A DNA stretch of 64,000 nucleotides. Source: Saccostrea echinata (taxonomy: Eukaryota). Shown one piece after another: positions 47,101 to 62,209 of the stretch. Where the stretch lies: the NCBI RefSeq assembly GCF_033153115.1, contig NW_026889751.1, positions 30,814,001-30,878,000 on the forward strand, written 5' to 3'. Below the pieces are notes generated by a model. That model did not search any database and was not told the origin of the DNA. It saw only the letters and a program-made list of their open reading frames with translations. A program made the position numbers and the translations under genes. Position 1 is the stretch's first letter. Each line of letters starts with the position of its first letter.

Positions 47101-50100
47101 ATTTGCCAAATTTTTAATACCATTTATTTATTTAAGTAGAGATTCAGAAGAGTTGTGTGTTTTTCAATTTATTTATAGTGGTTAATTAGCGAATTCAGTC
47201 TCGAAAATACCGCGAATCTTAGCACTTCGCGTAAGTCTTGCGCCTCAGTTAAATTTAAAATGACGGAGAACCGTGAATTTACTCAAGATGGTTGGAATAG
47301 AGAAATACAAAACTGCGATGAAGAGTTACACCTTTTGGATTTCTTAGAAAAATTCAGAAGATCCATGACTGAAATATAACTTAATACAGGACAATATAGC
47401 CAATGTTTCTTAAAGATATGTATTTTCATGCATTTTGTGTGGTAGCGTTTGAGAGAATCTGTTAACTGGTAAGTTTCTGGTAAACAACTAAAACACTAAA
47501 AGAAGGAAAAATGAAGAAATTTTAAAGACCACTTATATGCTATTTTTTGTGTAAATACTTCGGAAAAAAAAATAGAATAGTGAAAGAAGGAAACTAAAAA
47601 AAAAAAAATCGGAATTTTAAGACATTTTTATAATTCAATATTTCAGAATTCAGATGTAGTAAATATTTTGATAATGCTGCAAATCACCTTGAGAAATTAA
47701 AAAAAAAGTTTTTGGATCTTTGTATATTGTATTCAATTACAACAACAAATATTTGGAAATTTAAGTACATGAATTGTGTGAAAGATTTGGAGTATTTAGA
47801 CTTTTTGAATATTGTTGTTTGCACAAAAATCTGAATATGCATGACTTCGCGATTTCATATTACAAAGGATTGTACAATATCAGTTTCCTATAAAGCTACA
47901 TTGAATGATGCACTATAACATTTCTATGCCTTATTTAACTGAATGCTCGCTGTTGTTAGCCATATTCTTGTCACCTCAAATGCTTATCAATGTATTTATG
48001 TCACAATAAACCATCTTCATTATGATTTTACTAACTTTGTAAATTATATTAACATATTTCTTTAGTTACAATACATAGTCTGCGGCTTAATATTGTAATA
48101 GTCTGAAATATATTTCACGGTCTGTAGATTCAATTAAATGAAATCTATTTTGTAGTGAAAAATGCTAGTTCCGATGAACTGATGGCAGAGAGAATATATA
48201 ATTCTACTTCAAATCGACTCTGTTAAAAGTATAGTTTGTAAAGAGAGTTTTATAGCAGTTATTCCATATAACATTGATAAGTCATTATCAAGAAATCATT
48301 TTGATTGACATTTTGTCTCCATTTCGTCACTTACAATGTACTTCCATAAAACTTGTGAATCTCGTCCTGATTTATATATCAATAACGCCATGTATTACAT
48401 TTAGCTTAGAAAAATCTCACCTTACCGACCGAGACAGGTGGTATATGTATGCTCTATATATCAAGGATGTTTTGTGCCACATCTGGTTTCCCCTCCAACT
48501 GTTCATGCCGATTTAGAAGAGTTATATATGATGCTTTTTTCATACTTAGAAAAATAATTGCTTATCATTAGATCGTATTTTACTGACATATTTTATAGCA
48601 ATTGTTATGCTTTTGTTTTATACTAAATTTGAATACGGATTACTCCGTCTGCCTGATCAATACATAGGGTTCACAGCAGTTGTGACCTGCCGCAAGGGGA
48701 TGCTTACTCCTCCTAGGCACCTGATCCCTCCTCTTAAATGGGGATCGGGAATCTACATTTAATTTAAACAATATTTTGTTATGATGAAACATAACTGGAT
48801 TGGACAGCAGGCACTGCCTATATAAGTCCTCTCCACGAATCTACATGCATTAGCTAAGGTTGAAGAGCATTCTTCTATGCAAAACTTTACATGCTATCCT
48901 ACACAAATAAACCAAGAGACCAGAAAGCTTACGGAGGATACCTAATATTTAAAATTTTGTTGAAATGAAATTCTCAACGAGCAGTAATTCCTCGGATATT
49001 TAAGAACACCTATAGAAGTTTTAATCTCAAATACATATATACAAACATGGAAAATCTTTAATTCTACAGCAGTTTTTAAAATTTACAATTGTGCAAATTT
49101 GAAATCGGAAAGTATAAGTTAAGGTAGATAAAATTAATCTTACAAACGATGGTACGATATCTGACATCTTTATCGCTCGATTGAATTATTGCATGTTAAC
49201 ATTCTCATCCCTCAGTTAGATGTTGTTATCCAAGTTTTTGTCATCCCAAGTGATCATTAGTGAATTCATTTTTAATTTACCAGTCTTCGTTATGCCTTTT
49301 CACCACTGTTTCATTATATTTAAGAATTTTTTTCAGGTACTATACAGTGTTTCTTGTTTTATAGTGTTTTAGTCCTAAATATAAAATTATTAGAAGAGAT
49401 AATTTCTTTGTGTCATTCTATGTATTATGTACCACACTGGAAACTAGGCATATTCAACAAGTCAGATTTGATGAAATGATCGTCTTCCGTCACCTACTCA
49501 TCAAAACTCCTGCTAATTCCGCCTGATGTTATATACCAATAACGTCATGGGTTTTATGTTTGCTTTGGAAACGTATCACATAACCGCCAAAAACAGGTGG
49601 CATATGTACGATCTATGCTGTATACTGAGGGAGATCTGATTTCTCATCATGTGTCTATGCCGACTCAAAAGTATTATCTATCATACTATTAACATATAGA
49701 AACTTTTATTTTTAAAAAAAAAAAATATGTGTGTAGACTGTCCTTGACATGTACACAAGACACAAGATAAGAAGATGTAATGTAAAGAAATATGAATCAT
49801 TTAAATGACGATAATCGATTCTTAATCGATTGGGAGGTACTTGTTGTTTGCTTAACAATAAATATCATAGATTATTCACACTATCAGCAAGGTGTGCAAA
49901 CACCAATTAAGGCGTCTAATATAACAGGAGAGAAATTTCCAAGAAAGCAATTGGCTTAAATGTCATGTCCATCAAATATACACTAAATAATTGTTATAAT
50001 ATCTACACGCAAAAGTATCGTCTTTAAACAAGTTCTCATTAATCGTAAAATTATATAAAAGTTTATAGTCCTTTGTGTTCCCATGATTTTTGTAGATTTT

Positions 50101-52759
50101 GGCAGCTAGTTATGTAATTCAGACGTCGGACAGTTAAGGCTTGCGTACTATTTTCAAAGGTTCATTCTGCGTATGATTTCAGGTGAAGATGTACACTCGA
50201 AGATATAAAAATATAGTAGGTCGTTAAAGACAAAACAATTTTCTAATCAGTTTAAAGCACCTTGAACTTTTTATCAAGTTCCTGGATTATGAAACACACG
50301 GCGGGTGTATTCGGTCGGCAGGGGATGCTCACTCTTCCATGGCACCTGATCCCACCTCTGTTGTCTTAGAGGTCCGTGTTTGCTCTGCTCTTAATTTGCA
50401 ATGTTTAATGGACTTTTGAGCTCGAATACTGTTCGTTATCTCCACATATTTCATTCTAAACTTAGGTCTGTATAAATGTTGTTTATTTTGATTTTGAAGT
50501 GTATGTTTATGGTGAATTTTTATTTATAATTGACTAAATTTTCACCTTAGCTTAGAATGCTACATGACCATGATCCCGAGGCCAGGTTTCGAAACTACTT
50601 TGGAGGATCAATATGAAAACACAGAAGTATTCTTTAGCCAAGCGATGGAACTTCACAGTTTAATATTATGAAGGGAATTTGAAAGCAGAATCCTTTACAT
50701 ATATTTGATCACAGGGAGAGACATCTTGGAATATTTTTTTTAATTTAAATTTAATTTTTTTTAAATAACTGAGCACCAAAACCTAATGATAATCAAAATA
50801 CAAAAAGAATTTGATTTAAATAGGTATACATGTATTGATATACATTGATATGACACAGAAATATTTCAATGTATGGAATGTCATAGAAGTCTAATAGGTT
50901 TCTTGTTACACAAAAGCTAAATATCAATGGTTATTGTATTTTACAATAAAAACTTAACGTTAAACTTGACAAGACTGACCCATCAACCTCCTAAGGCCAT
51001 TGTTTGCACCAGACGAATCGTTTTGATGATTATTTCTCTGTCATATGCAGTCATAATCTAGGCAGTCTAAAGCTCGGTTAAAATGGAATGTTGGATATTT
51101 GATAAAAAAGTTATTGCTGTGAAAAATAAAAATGTTGCGGAGCAGTGTGCAATACTGCAGAGTTAACCATCATTAATTTATCAGCTTACGCGAGCGACAA
51201 TACCTAAGGAAAGCTTTTACTAAATCCGTTCTATTAAAAATCAATTTGGCGTCCTTGTCGACATATCCTTATCGTCACCCGATGTATTTGTAATTTTGTT
51301 TATCAACATTAAGGTATGATGGGTAAAAAGTCGGATGTTTTAAAACTCTTCTGTTCTTCTCTTATCTCACCTAATCAAAGATCTGTGTAGTTTATTATTT
51401 TCTTTTCATTATCAGTTTTGCTTTTAAATCCACTTTTCAAAATCTGTTTTGCTTATATTTTCAGTTGTTCTCATTTTTTCTTTTACATAATTTTATAATT
51501 CTCTTGTTAATTCTTTGGAGATTTACATGTATATGAATTGATACCAGACGTTTGTTGCAAATTATTACTAGTAGATATTTATATTATAGATACACTTTAA
51601 CATTTCAATTATCTATTATAATAAAATAGGTGAAATTTAGCATTTTTAGAAACATTTGAAATTTAATTGCTTAAATACGAACAAATTAATTATACTGATT
51701 TTATAAAAAAGAAATTATTTTTATTGTTGCAATCAAATCTATATGAAACTCCATCCATCAAAGTCAGAAGTAGGTATTTCATCTGTCTTATCTTTATTGT
51801 GTACCTCTACAAACCCTAATTCTGATACAACGATGAGATCAGCTCCCATAATTTATTAGCATATCATCTAAAGACATAGGATGTTTAATCGTTAAGAAAT
51901 CAAGTATATCTTATTTAGGGATAAGATAAAATTATACCCCCCCCCCAAAAAAAAAAAAAAATAATAATGATAATAAGAAGTATACAGTGGACTTGATCCA
52001 CTTGTTTGACCCCTCTTTATCTCTCTCTCTCTCTCTCTCTCGATCGATCGAATTGCCATTTTCACACTCAAGATACAGTACATATTGATAAATTCTTCTA
52101 CAGGCTAATACCAGACATGGTACTGCAAATAAACCATTTATTCATTACTGTTCTGGAAGATTAATATCCCATTCAAAAATAGAGAAAATAGATGCTCTAA
52201 AGGCATCAAAGGTATTGAAAAAGATAATGAACTTCTATACTTTCTTCCCCATCTCTAATTACGTTGTCCCATTTTCAGATATCAACATTAGTCTTCAATG
52301 TCAATGCAATTTGACAATATGATGATGAATGCTTTCAGAATGTGGGTTTGGGTGACATAGAATTTACTAATAAAATAATCGTATAATATCCTCTCAGAAA
52401 ATTACTCATTATTTGCAAACTTGAGTGTGAAAAAAAATTATATTATGCATCATCGAAGTTTTCTATTGGGAGCAATACCATTCAAAGAGAGAATGTACTT
52501 TAAACGACTTAATTTATTTTATTTATTTTTTTTTTAAACGTTGAAAGCAGTTCTTTTGCCATTGAAGCTTTTGGAGCTGGTGTGAGGATCAGAAATCAAT
52601 TTAAGAGTAAACTGCATCTACTTAGTGCAAAACTTGGTAATTGTTCAAAAGAGATGTCGAGATGTCATAGTTTCGGTAGATGTAGTCATTAAATGCGACG
52701 TTATGAGAATACGAAAAGCTTCTAATAAGGTTATTTGCACGACAGAGTTTGGCGAATGA

Positions 52760-52935
52760 ACATTTGCTACCTATTTTTACAGACTTATGTCAGTTGCAGC
52801 CGGAGTTTGAACCCACCTTTCGATCATGGCGTGAGCACTCTACCGACTGAGCTGCGGTGACGGTCAACGGCGAATTGAAGGCCTCATCAAGTGTTTTCTT
52901 CCTCTCATGTAGAAGTTTTTGAATAAATTCTGCAT
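52760..52935 (-). mobile_element. tRNA-SINE head fragment adjoining a short RT fragment
   Basis: Minus strand GCAGCTCAGTCGGTAGAG (A box) and GGTTCAAACTCC (B box); adjacent AEFIQKLLHE coding remnant. Confidence 0.6.
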
Positions 52936-55900
52936 CATGTAAAATATATAAAAATAAACTTGGAATATAAAACCAAGTAAAACAAGATAAGAAATTTGAA
53001 CATGAAACTTGAAATTTGACGAAAAATTTGAACCCATTAACATCGATCCTAACATTTTCATTTTTTATTTAGATTCTTTTCATTCACCGCTCTTCCCTTC
53101 TTCTTCTTCTTTTTTTTTTGATTTCATCTTACAAATATAAGAGAACAAAAAAAGACACATTGCATAAAACAGGTTCCTGACGCACATTTCTGTATATATA
53201 GATATTCACACAAGCTATAGCTAAGAAATAGATTTTTAAAAAGGATTGATAATATCGCAAGACTTCTTTTTATGACAATTCAAGGACTTTTTCCTTTCTT
53301 TGATATCATATAACTACCAGTAATTCATTATTACAAAGGTAATATTATAGAAATGTATATTTCAACTAAGTATAAATGAACAAATACGTAAATATTGTCT
53401 ATAAATAACATCATTTGTCTCATTAAGATGTTAAAATTGAACGAAGGATGCATCCATGTGATTCAACTTTAGGGATATCTCATGAAATGAGAAAAACACT
53501 GTTGTTTAAAATAATGAGGTCCTATCAATGGTAAAAATATAGGATTGCTATTAATTAGGAATAACGAGTACAGTCTCCCATCAAAAGTCTGGATTTAATA
53601 TTATCCGGATGTAAGAAATGATGAAAGGAAAAGTAAACACCGGAATGACCTCGAGGCGTAAGTCAAAAGCTTTAACCTTATTATGGAATTAAATGCAATA
53701 AAATCCTAAAGTTAGCGCTTTGATTTCAAAATATATGAATCTGATGCATGATTAAACTAAAACTTTTAAGTAATCGGCACTACTAATTAATAGATTCAGT
53801 AATCAAGAAAAGAAATATTTAATTTCACTGTGTATTATGAAATTGAACTTCCTGGACAAGTTTATTTTAACTATATGCCTTTTGATGTTTAACTGATACT
53901 TTATCATTATCGCCAACTCATAATTAAAAACAAAAGTATGCGATTAGAATATTTAAGATAATGAAGAGATGAAGAAAACACACGTTATAGAATTATGGTT
54001 TATTGTCTCCATGCTTGAATTGTACTGTGTATATCAAATAACCAAAATAATAAACAGGCCAGGTTTAACTATATCCTCCTCCATTAAACAGCTAATCAAG
54101 AAGTTTGAAATACAGGAACAATCTCTGTGTTTGATACACATGATACGTGTACAGAAATTCTTGAAATTGCATAAGTATGGTTAAGGAAACAAGTGCAGTC
54201 GTGTCTATGATACAATGTTTTATCTTTTCAACGGCATATTTATGTAACATACATAATTGAAACAGAGCAAAGACTGCGTGACAGTATTCCGCGGTAACAT
54301 TCTCAGCAACAGTTCTGATATTTGGCTTCTTTTCTATCTTTTAGATTATTTCTAGAAATTATGTCAGCATAAGTAAATGAATTTTATCTATCTTTGCCCA
54401 ATTTAAATGAAAACGAGTAAAAAATATTCCAGCATGTTTTACCAAATCCATTAAATTCCTATCAATATCTTCATTCCACATGATAACTTTTTCCTCTTTA
54501 CTTTATTTAGATCCATTCATAACTTTTGGAGATACATGTATCTTTAGAGAGAAGTGAAACGAATAAATAAAAAGAAAGCAAAAAGATTACTTTCTTGCAA
54601 CTTCATTGATAGAAGTTGCTACTCATTACCTGAATTTCGGTGATACTGTTCAATAACTTACGTTGCAAAAATTTCTTCCAGTATAGATATTGGACGTAGG
54701 TCTTTTAATTCATTCATGAACAGAATTTGGAGAGTGAGCTAAATTTGTATCATAACTGTATTGTTAAATCAAAATTTTCTGAGAGAAGACCAATATTTCA
54801 TATGCATTTCATATCAAGACGATTATTTCAAATACTGAAGACATTTTTTCGTGATAAGTTTGTGATATTTTTATATTTTGTTAAGTTTCTGAAATATTTT
54901 CCAATAAACAAGCAGTTTCGTCACTAAATTCTCTCTCTCTCTCTCTCCCGCGTGCGCCTTTTTAACATTTATTTTTGTACACTCCGTCTTTTGAAGAATG
55001 TTAATATAAATAAATGACTGAAAGCAAATACAAGTAAATCTCCTTCCCAATCAATAGCTTATCTACAATTTGCAGTCTGTGTTTAACATGCTAATATGAT
55101 ATATATATATATTTTATCTTTACACCTTCTCATTTGAAATTACATAATTATAGTCACGAAAATAAATGCAGTCATGCCTTAGATTGTTATGTAATAGTAT
55201 GTAATTTAAACGTACATCGTGGAGATTTAGTGACAGTATCTCCAAAGACAATAAAGATGTTGTCATTGAGAAACTCCAGCATCCTATTAAAGTCGACCTT
55301 AGGGTATTTTTTTTTGTAGAATCAGTGTGATGTTTAACACAGTGATTTTGATTTAAGAACTTGCTCTGTGGTACAATACAAACTATAGATAAAGACTCCT
55401 CATTGATAAATGCTATCGCTAATTTATTATAATCAAATTTTGACAAAAGAAACTGAATAACGCTTTTAAAGAATGAGATTAAAAGTAAACTTTATGCCTT
55501 TGTGTGACAAAGAACAGATATTCACAGTATGTGCCGTTCATATATTAAGGTTACAAGCTGTACCACTTTCCTAAAAAAAAAATTTTGATGATCGAAAAAT
55601 AAAAATAGATTGCTCTTAGCTATCAATTTTTTCATATATAAAAATATGCTTCATTTTGTAGTATTGTAGCATCTATAAAGTAATCATAGATAACTATTTA
55701 AAAAAAGAAGCTTGGACCAGGAATCAAAAATAGCCAGAATAGAAGTAGTAACTGAACAATTGGCGACAACAAAAAGACTGAAGACTACACTGTATAGGAT
55801 CTGCATGGAGGATATACAACAAAACACAACATGGGGATGTTTTAATGAGTTTAATATATTATAAGTGTGTCATTTCTTAGATTATCTGTGTTTTTTTTTA

Positions 55901-58037
55901 TGAAATATAAGTCCATATATGACTTTGTTTTCAATTAATTATAAACCCCCCTTTCAGGATAAAAGCACAAACACAATAATTGTGTAAATTGTCATTTATT
56001 GAAATGAGTACTATAAATGGGGAGATGAAAACGCATATCATACAAAATTAAGGTTCTTTTGTATACATGTATCATCATAAAGTGATGTAATGATCATCCT
56101 TGTTACATACAAAAAGATTAATCATTTACTGAACAAATTGTAAACATATACACAGTACAAGCAAAATGTTGGCGTTCAAAAATTTAAAAAGTTGCAATAG
56201 TGAACAGTTCAACGAAAAAGTTGGCATTAAAATTAAAATGATTCAAAGTTGGCCAGAAAAATAAGATGCACGAAAATTTCTACTTGATGGTGAACGTTTG
56301 TGTAGGTGGAACGCTTACCCTCCCCTCCCCCCATCTTGTTTTTGTTTTCAAACAAAATTTGACTAATGACGCTATCTTTTGTCACGTGCAAAAGTGCCTC
56401 TTCCAGATTGAATCATTCACAAAGGTTTGTTTGAAACCCCCTTCCCCCTAAATAAGACACTAAAACTATAAAATAAATATTTCATATTTACTAACTTTGA
56501 CATAGGAAAAATAATTATATATGTCATCATAATAGCTTTAAAAACCTTATTAATTAAAAATGCTTTTTTAAAACATTAATACTGTATTATATGAATGATT
56601 CTATATAATTTTCGTTCATATTTCAGTCATATTTTATTTTCTGTTGTTTTATGACTTTCATCATGCAGGTAGATCGACTCAAAGCAACAACTTTTTGTTT
56701 GCTGTACAGGATACACATGCTGTAAAGTTACGATTTTTTCCATTTTATTTCAAGCAGTGTATGCTTGTGTTTAATTCTCTTTCTCTCTCTATCAGGCTTT
56801 TTCATTATCAGGACGTTTCATGTATAAACGAGTATAGCTGGGGTTTTTTTTTGTATTAAATATAACATTTAAATTTCCTTAGATCTGTAGTTTAGGAATA
56901 TTTTAGCCACTGATCTTGTATGTTTGTATTACGTGAACATTTGAATATCTTAAATGAGGAAGAGATGATGGCAAAACATGGTTAAGTAATTATGGGTAAT
57001 TACCTCTGTGCTTGGTTTGTATTGATAAATAACTGACAGGGCGTAAACAGGTGTAAATCTTATCCTCCATCAACAGTTAATTAAAAAGTACGAAAAAGAC
57101 AAAAAAATATGTTTTGGAATCAAGATACATATATGATGCTTTAAAAATGTTAAAATGGAACAATCTCATTTCTTGAACCTCCATAATAATGGTGAAGAAG
57201 GTAGGTGAGTTGATAATATCAATTCAGACGTTGTTGTTACGTACCACAGCATTGAGTGACAGTATACCGCGGTAGCTATCTCAGCAAATCTGTATTTTTC
57301 GCTTCTTTTCTATCTTGTGTTAGGATTTTACAAGGAGACGTGAAACCCAATTTCAGCACGACAAGGAGCAAGGATACAAGTTAAGATAATTTGTAGAAAA
57401 TATGTCAGCTTGAGTATAAACTATTTTTATCTGGTCTTGCCAGATCTTAATGAAACCAACAGAAAATGTTCCAGCCTTTTCATGTTTACCAAATCCAACA
57501 AATTCTTATCAATATCTTCTTGTCACACAATAAGTTCTTTCTCATATATTTTTAAATCAATTCATCATATTTGAACACGTTATTTGATCAAACAATACAA
57601 AGTATGAGCGGAGCCAACATAGAACTCTGAAAATTGAGGTGGGATCCATGGAGGAATGAGCATCCCCTATCGACCTGTCACACCCGCCGTGTGGCCTTTG
57701 TCATGACTGGGCAAATGAAAAAATATGTAGACAATTCAGTGTGAAAATAGAATCCTAACTGTTTGCACATAAGACGCCAGTCAACATTCGACCGAATAGA
57801 TAAATTTATTTGCAAATCTGAGACCATTGCAAAATTGTATAATTTCTGAATTTCAAGTTATTCCCCTCTCATTCTTTCGCCTTCTAATATTGGTTCATTT
57901 GTAAATTCCACCGTCATTTACCTAATGTAAAGAATATTGCAGAATACAATGTTCACATTTCTTTTTTTTAAAAAGAAAAAAAAAACCCTGTTCATTTACC
58001 ATGTATAAAACAAAGCTACACCTGGGTACTAGGCTGT

Positions 58038-58191
58038 TTCCTTATGAGGACAATCTATATATGAATGCACAGAACTGGTCCTTGAATTTTCCTTATGAGG
58101 ACAATCTATATATGAATGCACAGAACTGGTCCTTGAATTTTCCTTATGAGGACAATCTATATATGAATGCACAGAACTGGTCCTTGAATTA
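58038..58191. repeat. 51-bp perfect tandem repeat x3
   Basis: TTCCTTATGAGGACAATCTATATATGAATGCACAGAACTGGTCCTTGAATT. Confidence 0.95.
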
Positions 58192-61100
58192 TAGATAACG
58201 TTAGAATTCCTTATTGTACAGTAAGGATTATTTTAGCTTTGGATATTGCATGTTGTCTTATTGAACCATTGGACTTGTACTTTAGAGTATCTTGTACGAT
58301 GAAAGGGTAATGATAACACCCGGCTGAATAATTATGGATGATTGTTTATGCTTGGTTTGTATTATATATTTAAACTAACGGGAAGTAAACAGATATAAAT
58401 ATCCTCCTCCATCTTAGCAGCTGATCATAAAGTTTGAAATAGATATACAGATATAACTTATTCAAAAATAACAGGGACTGCCTTCTGCTTCCTATTTCTT
58501 GAGATTGCGTAATTGGTATCAAAGGGAAAAGGGTGCAGCGTTGTCTATGATAGGACCGTCATCTGACGACTGTGATGTAACACACATACTTAAAACGAAC
58601 AGCTTAAAGATTGAGTTACTATATCTCAAGATAAACAACGAAACGCCATGCATGTTTTGGCTTCTTTTTGACCTTGTTGAGGTTTTTTATTTACAGATAA
58701 AATTTATGATATTTAAATTTACACCCAGAACAAATCATGCAAGGATTTAAAGTTAACCTTATCTGAAAAATCATAAATCAGGTGAAGTGTTCAAATTTAA
58801 GTTATCCTAATCCCAAAGAAAAGAAGAGGAAAAGTTATTTAGATAGCCTTCTTATCTTTTACAGAAGCCATGCATCTAACAAAACCTTAGTAGCACTTAG
58901 TTCGTCTTTCTCAACATTTCAATTGACTATTTTATCATATCGTTTTCAGATATCATGTAGATATATAAACATATAAAGAAGACAAGGTTTTGCAAGTGTA
59001 TTGGTAAATTGTATAATCTTTTGACTGAATTTCAGTGAATCTGTCCTGCGATAACTTACAAGGGAAGTAATTCCTCCCTTATAGATATTAGACAATCACT
59101 TTCTAATTCATTTGTGTAGAAGTCGCAGAGTGAGTTAGATTAGTCTCATAACTGTATTGTTAATCAAAATTCTCTGACAGAAGATCAATATTTAATAAAC
59201 ATTTCACAATCATGGCGATTATTTTTTTACCTCTCTGCTTGAGCACTCATACAAGACTTCATTTATTGAAGACGTTATACCTGTATCTTCTCATTAAGTT
59301 TACCTATAACAAAGGTTTTTAGATCAAATAGAGTACATACACTGTTTATATATCTCACCTTGTTGTAAATAACATTAAAATATTTACAGAAATGTGAAGG
59401 AATAGTACTTTTCCCCAATTCATTTAGCTTATTCTGTTAGAGTATTATAAGGTGTGTTCCAAACAAGTGTCAAAAATTATGCCCTGGTTTTTTTTCAGCC
59501 TAATTGACATACAGGAGAACATTGTACAGTACTTATCTCACCATTATGACACATTAATAAAACGCAGCTATGTATGTAAAAAATCGAGCTGAAACGACGC
59601 AGACGTACACCAATTTCAAACATATAATACCATAAACTCTTGTACACTTGTCCAAGATAAAAATTGAACATATGTTAGACACAAAGGCCAAAAGCCAATA
59701 AAAATATGAAATATTTGAAATATTTATTAACTTTTTAAAAACTTTAACTGCATTCAGAGATAATGAATTTCTTCTTGAATTCTTATTTCCTTTTAGTAAA
59801 TAATCAAAATGTTATTGAAATATGTTACAGGAGATAGCATTATAATTTTTCTATCTTAAAAGCAAGATCGAAAACATGGTTGTAACTTGTTTCAAATAAA
59901 ATTCATAGACCTAGATCTATATAAAACATACTTCATTCATACAGTATTGTAACCACTACTTGGCTATAAGCTTCAATCTCTCCACAGGTAGTATTCTCGT
60001 TATTTTAATTTTAGACCCATAACAAAATCACTGCAATGTAGCTTATAGCGTAAAATTATGAATGAGGTTCTGTTCAGTTTAATCGCCCTAAGCTATAAGA
60101 TGTAATTTTTTAACATTCTTTTTTCACATGTCTGCATCCTTTCATACAGAGCAAGCACCTGTCTGACCCTGTGTATTGATAACGAGGCTCTACGTCAGGG
60201 TGGGAGAGGTTAAGTCAGAAGTCTGCTCTGGTCAATCCTTTTTCCTGAAAGAGAAGCAAACCTCACATTCAATTGCAAAAAGTAAACTCTTTAAAGATAA
60301 CTACAGTTCTTCTCTTTTGCAAGGCAAATTAGTATAGCTTCGCAAAGTTTTGATTTGGCAGATATCCAAACGATGTTTCTTAATTATTACTGTAACGTCA
60401 CACCACACTAAAATTTATCATATTGTTTGCAATGAGCAGTACCACGAATAATGTATAACATTATACAAATTAACTAATTAAGTTACAATAGTTGGAAGAA
60501 GAAATACGAAACTCGGACAGAATATACACACACTTCTAGAATTAAGTTCTTCAGAAAACATGCCCATTTTTCATTCTTTTTATCATATGTACTTTGTTTT
60601 CAATTCTTCAAACTCTCCTAAGGGAAAAGAAAATGTTTCGAGTCCATGAAGGCCGTATATACATGTACATACGTACAGTAAGGTACGCTTATAGCAAACA
60701 CGTTTATAATGATTTGACTACGAATCACACATGCACGTGATTTTCATTCCTGTGGCTTATTGGCTTAAAAATACACTGTGAACTTAACGGATATAACGAA
60801 TTACAAATGTTAAGTACAATAAAAACTGAAAGCTATATCGCTTCTTCATTAATACATGTAATATACACCTCTTACCTTGATTCCAATACTTTTAAATTAT
60901 ATTTAATTACAATTTCTTTAATTATCATATAGTGTATAGAGAGTTATAATGTTTCAGTCTTTAACAGGCTCAACAGTTAGTAGAATCTAGTTAATAAAAT
61001 ATTTTTCGCATTGAAAAGTGCTTGTTTAAATGAAATGCTGAGGAAGAAACATAATTAATCTGCGTGGTAAATCCCTAAAACTTCACCCAGCGACAGTATT

Positions 61101-61723
61101 TTTGTACAGATTTTGTATTTGTCAATTTAACATAGACATAACATTGATAGCCTTATAGGAAAATCATATAATTTGAAATAGAAAAAAAAACTGTGAGAGA
61201 ATTACACTTCAAGGTTCTTCTCAGGCAAAAAGTGGGTTCCCGAAAAGTATTCATTTTGATACGAGGCAAATAGCCAACACCTCCGGCTGATAAGTGAGGA
61301 TATTGCTCTGTATATTTAATGAAAGCATGAAGATGGAATATTTAATTTTGCACATGTCCAATGAAATAATGAAATAGAGGAAGAAGAAAGCAGAAAATAA
61401 AGGAATTTTTAGGAACCCCATTTGCACTTCTTTTTAATATCCAAAGATCAAGTGTACTTTATTTGTGTGCTTATATGCTTTGAAAATGGAACAAATTATA
61501 GTCCAATGTTGACAGTATTTACAAAGTAATTTTCTTTTCAATGCTATGTGATAATATGGTTATATCACACTCAATTTCAGCCAAAGATATTACTTTTAAA
61601 AAAAGATCAGAATTTTTTATGCTTTATGCAACGCATCATTCCTTAGAATTATTCATTCACCCATCTGAACGATCAGGAGGGTAATAAGCATGCACTGTTG
61701 TCAAAGCTCTTGTACACAAATAA

Positions 61724-62062
61724 AGGTAGAGGACTGTGAGCACTGAGCTCACAAAATAATACCACCAGCTCCCAAACAGTGTATGAGTTTAATGGTAAAG
61801 TAAGTATTTTTCTGTGGGAATCCCCAAATATCTGTCCGATCAAAACATAAAATAGGAGATGCACAATGATACTATGTAATATGGATTCTAGGAAAGACTC
61901 ATAAAATTTTATCAAGTGGTGCGGATAAGAGGTGGGTACCTCCTAAGCGTAACGGACGGACAAACAGTTAAACTTCGACTGACACGTACGATTAACGGAG
62001 AGTACATGTAGGACTAACACCCCGATCACTATATACCCCACTTATCAAGCAGCAGGTATAAT
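61724..62062. mobile_element. HINE-like element (relative of 25893-26210)
   Basis: TGTGAGCACTGAGCTCACA hairpin; ACGGACGGAC microsatellite; GGTATAAT end. Confidence 0.6.
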
Positions 62063-62129
62063 AAATAAGAGTAGACATTAGGAACGAGATGCCTACAACT
62101 TCAATTGCAACAGGATCTTTTTGTCTTTC

Positions 62130-62131
<2 letters not shown>

Positions 62132-62208
<77 letters not shown>
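62132..62208. repeat. Compound (CT)n(AT)n microsatellite
   Basis: direct reading. Confidence 0.95.

Positions 62209-62209
<1 letters not shown>

Larger units (their letters stand above)
48270..60275 (-). pseudogene. Decayed Toll-like-receptor-like pseudogene: N-term ~60.2 kb, re-duplicated LRR blocks 53.9-59.9 kb, LRR/TM ~52.1-52.75 kb, TIR-like remnants 48.3-49.6 kb
   Basis: Minus-strand remnants LCRANNLIRSFS, LHLPKL*HLDISF, TLKFANN, LFSLFLNGILIF, NLLDLVNMKRLEHF, LLNHVLPSSLPHLRY, LEGKPDVAQNILD, in ectodomain-TM-TIR order. Confidence 0.55.

Noticed and set aside
47255-47620. Possible decayed Crypton/transposase coding remnant (MTENREFTQDGWNREIQNCDEELHLLDF...)
   Set aside because: Short, stop-interrupted and without a diagnostic motif; cannot be assigned without a search.
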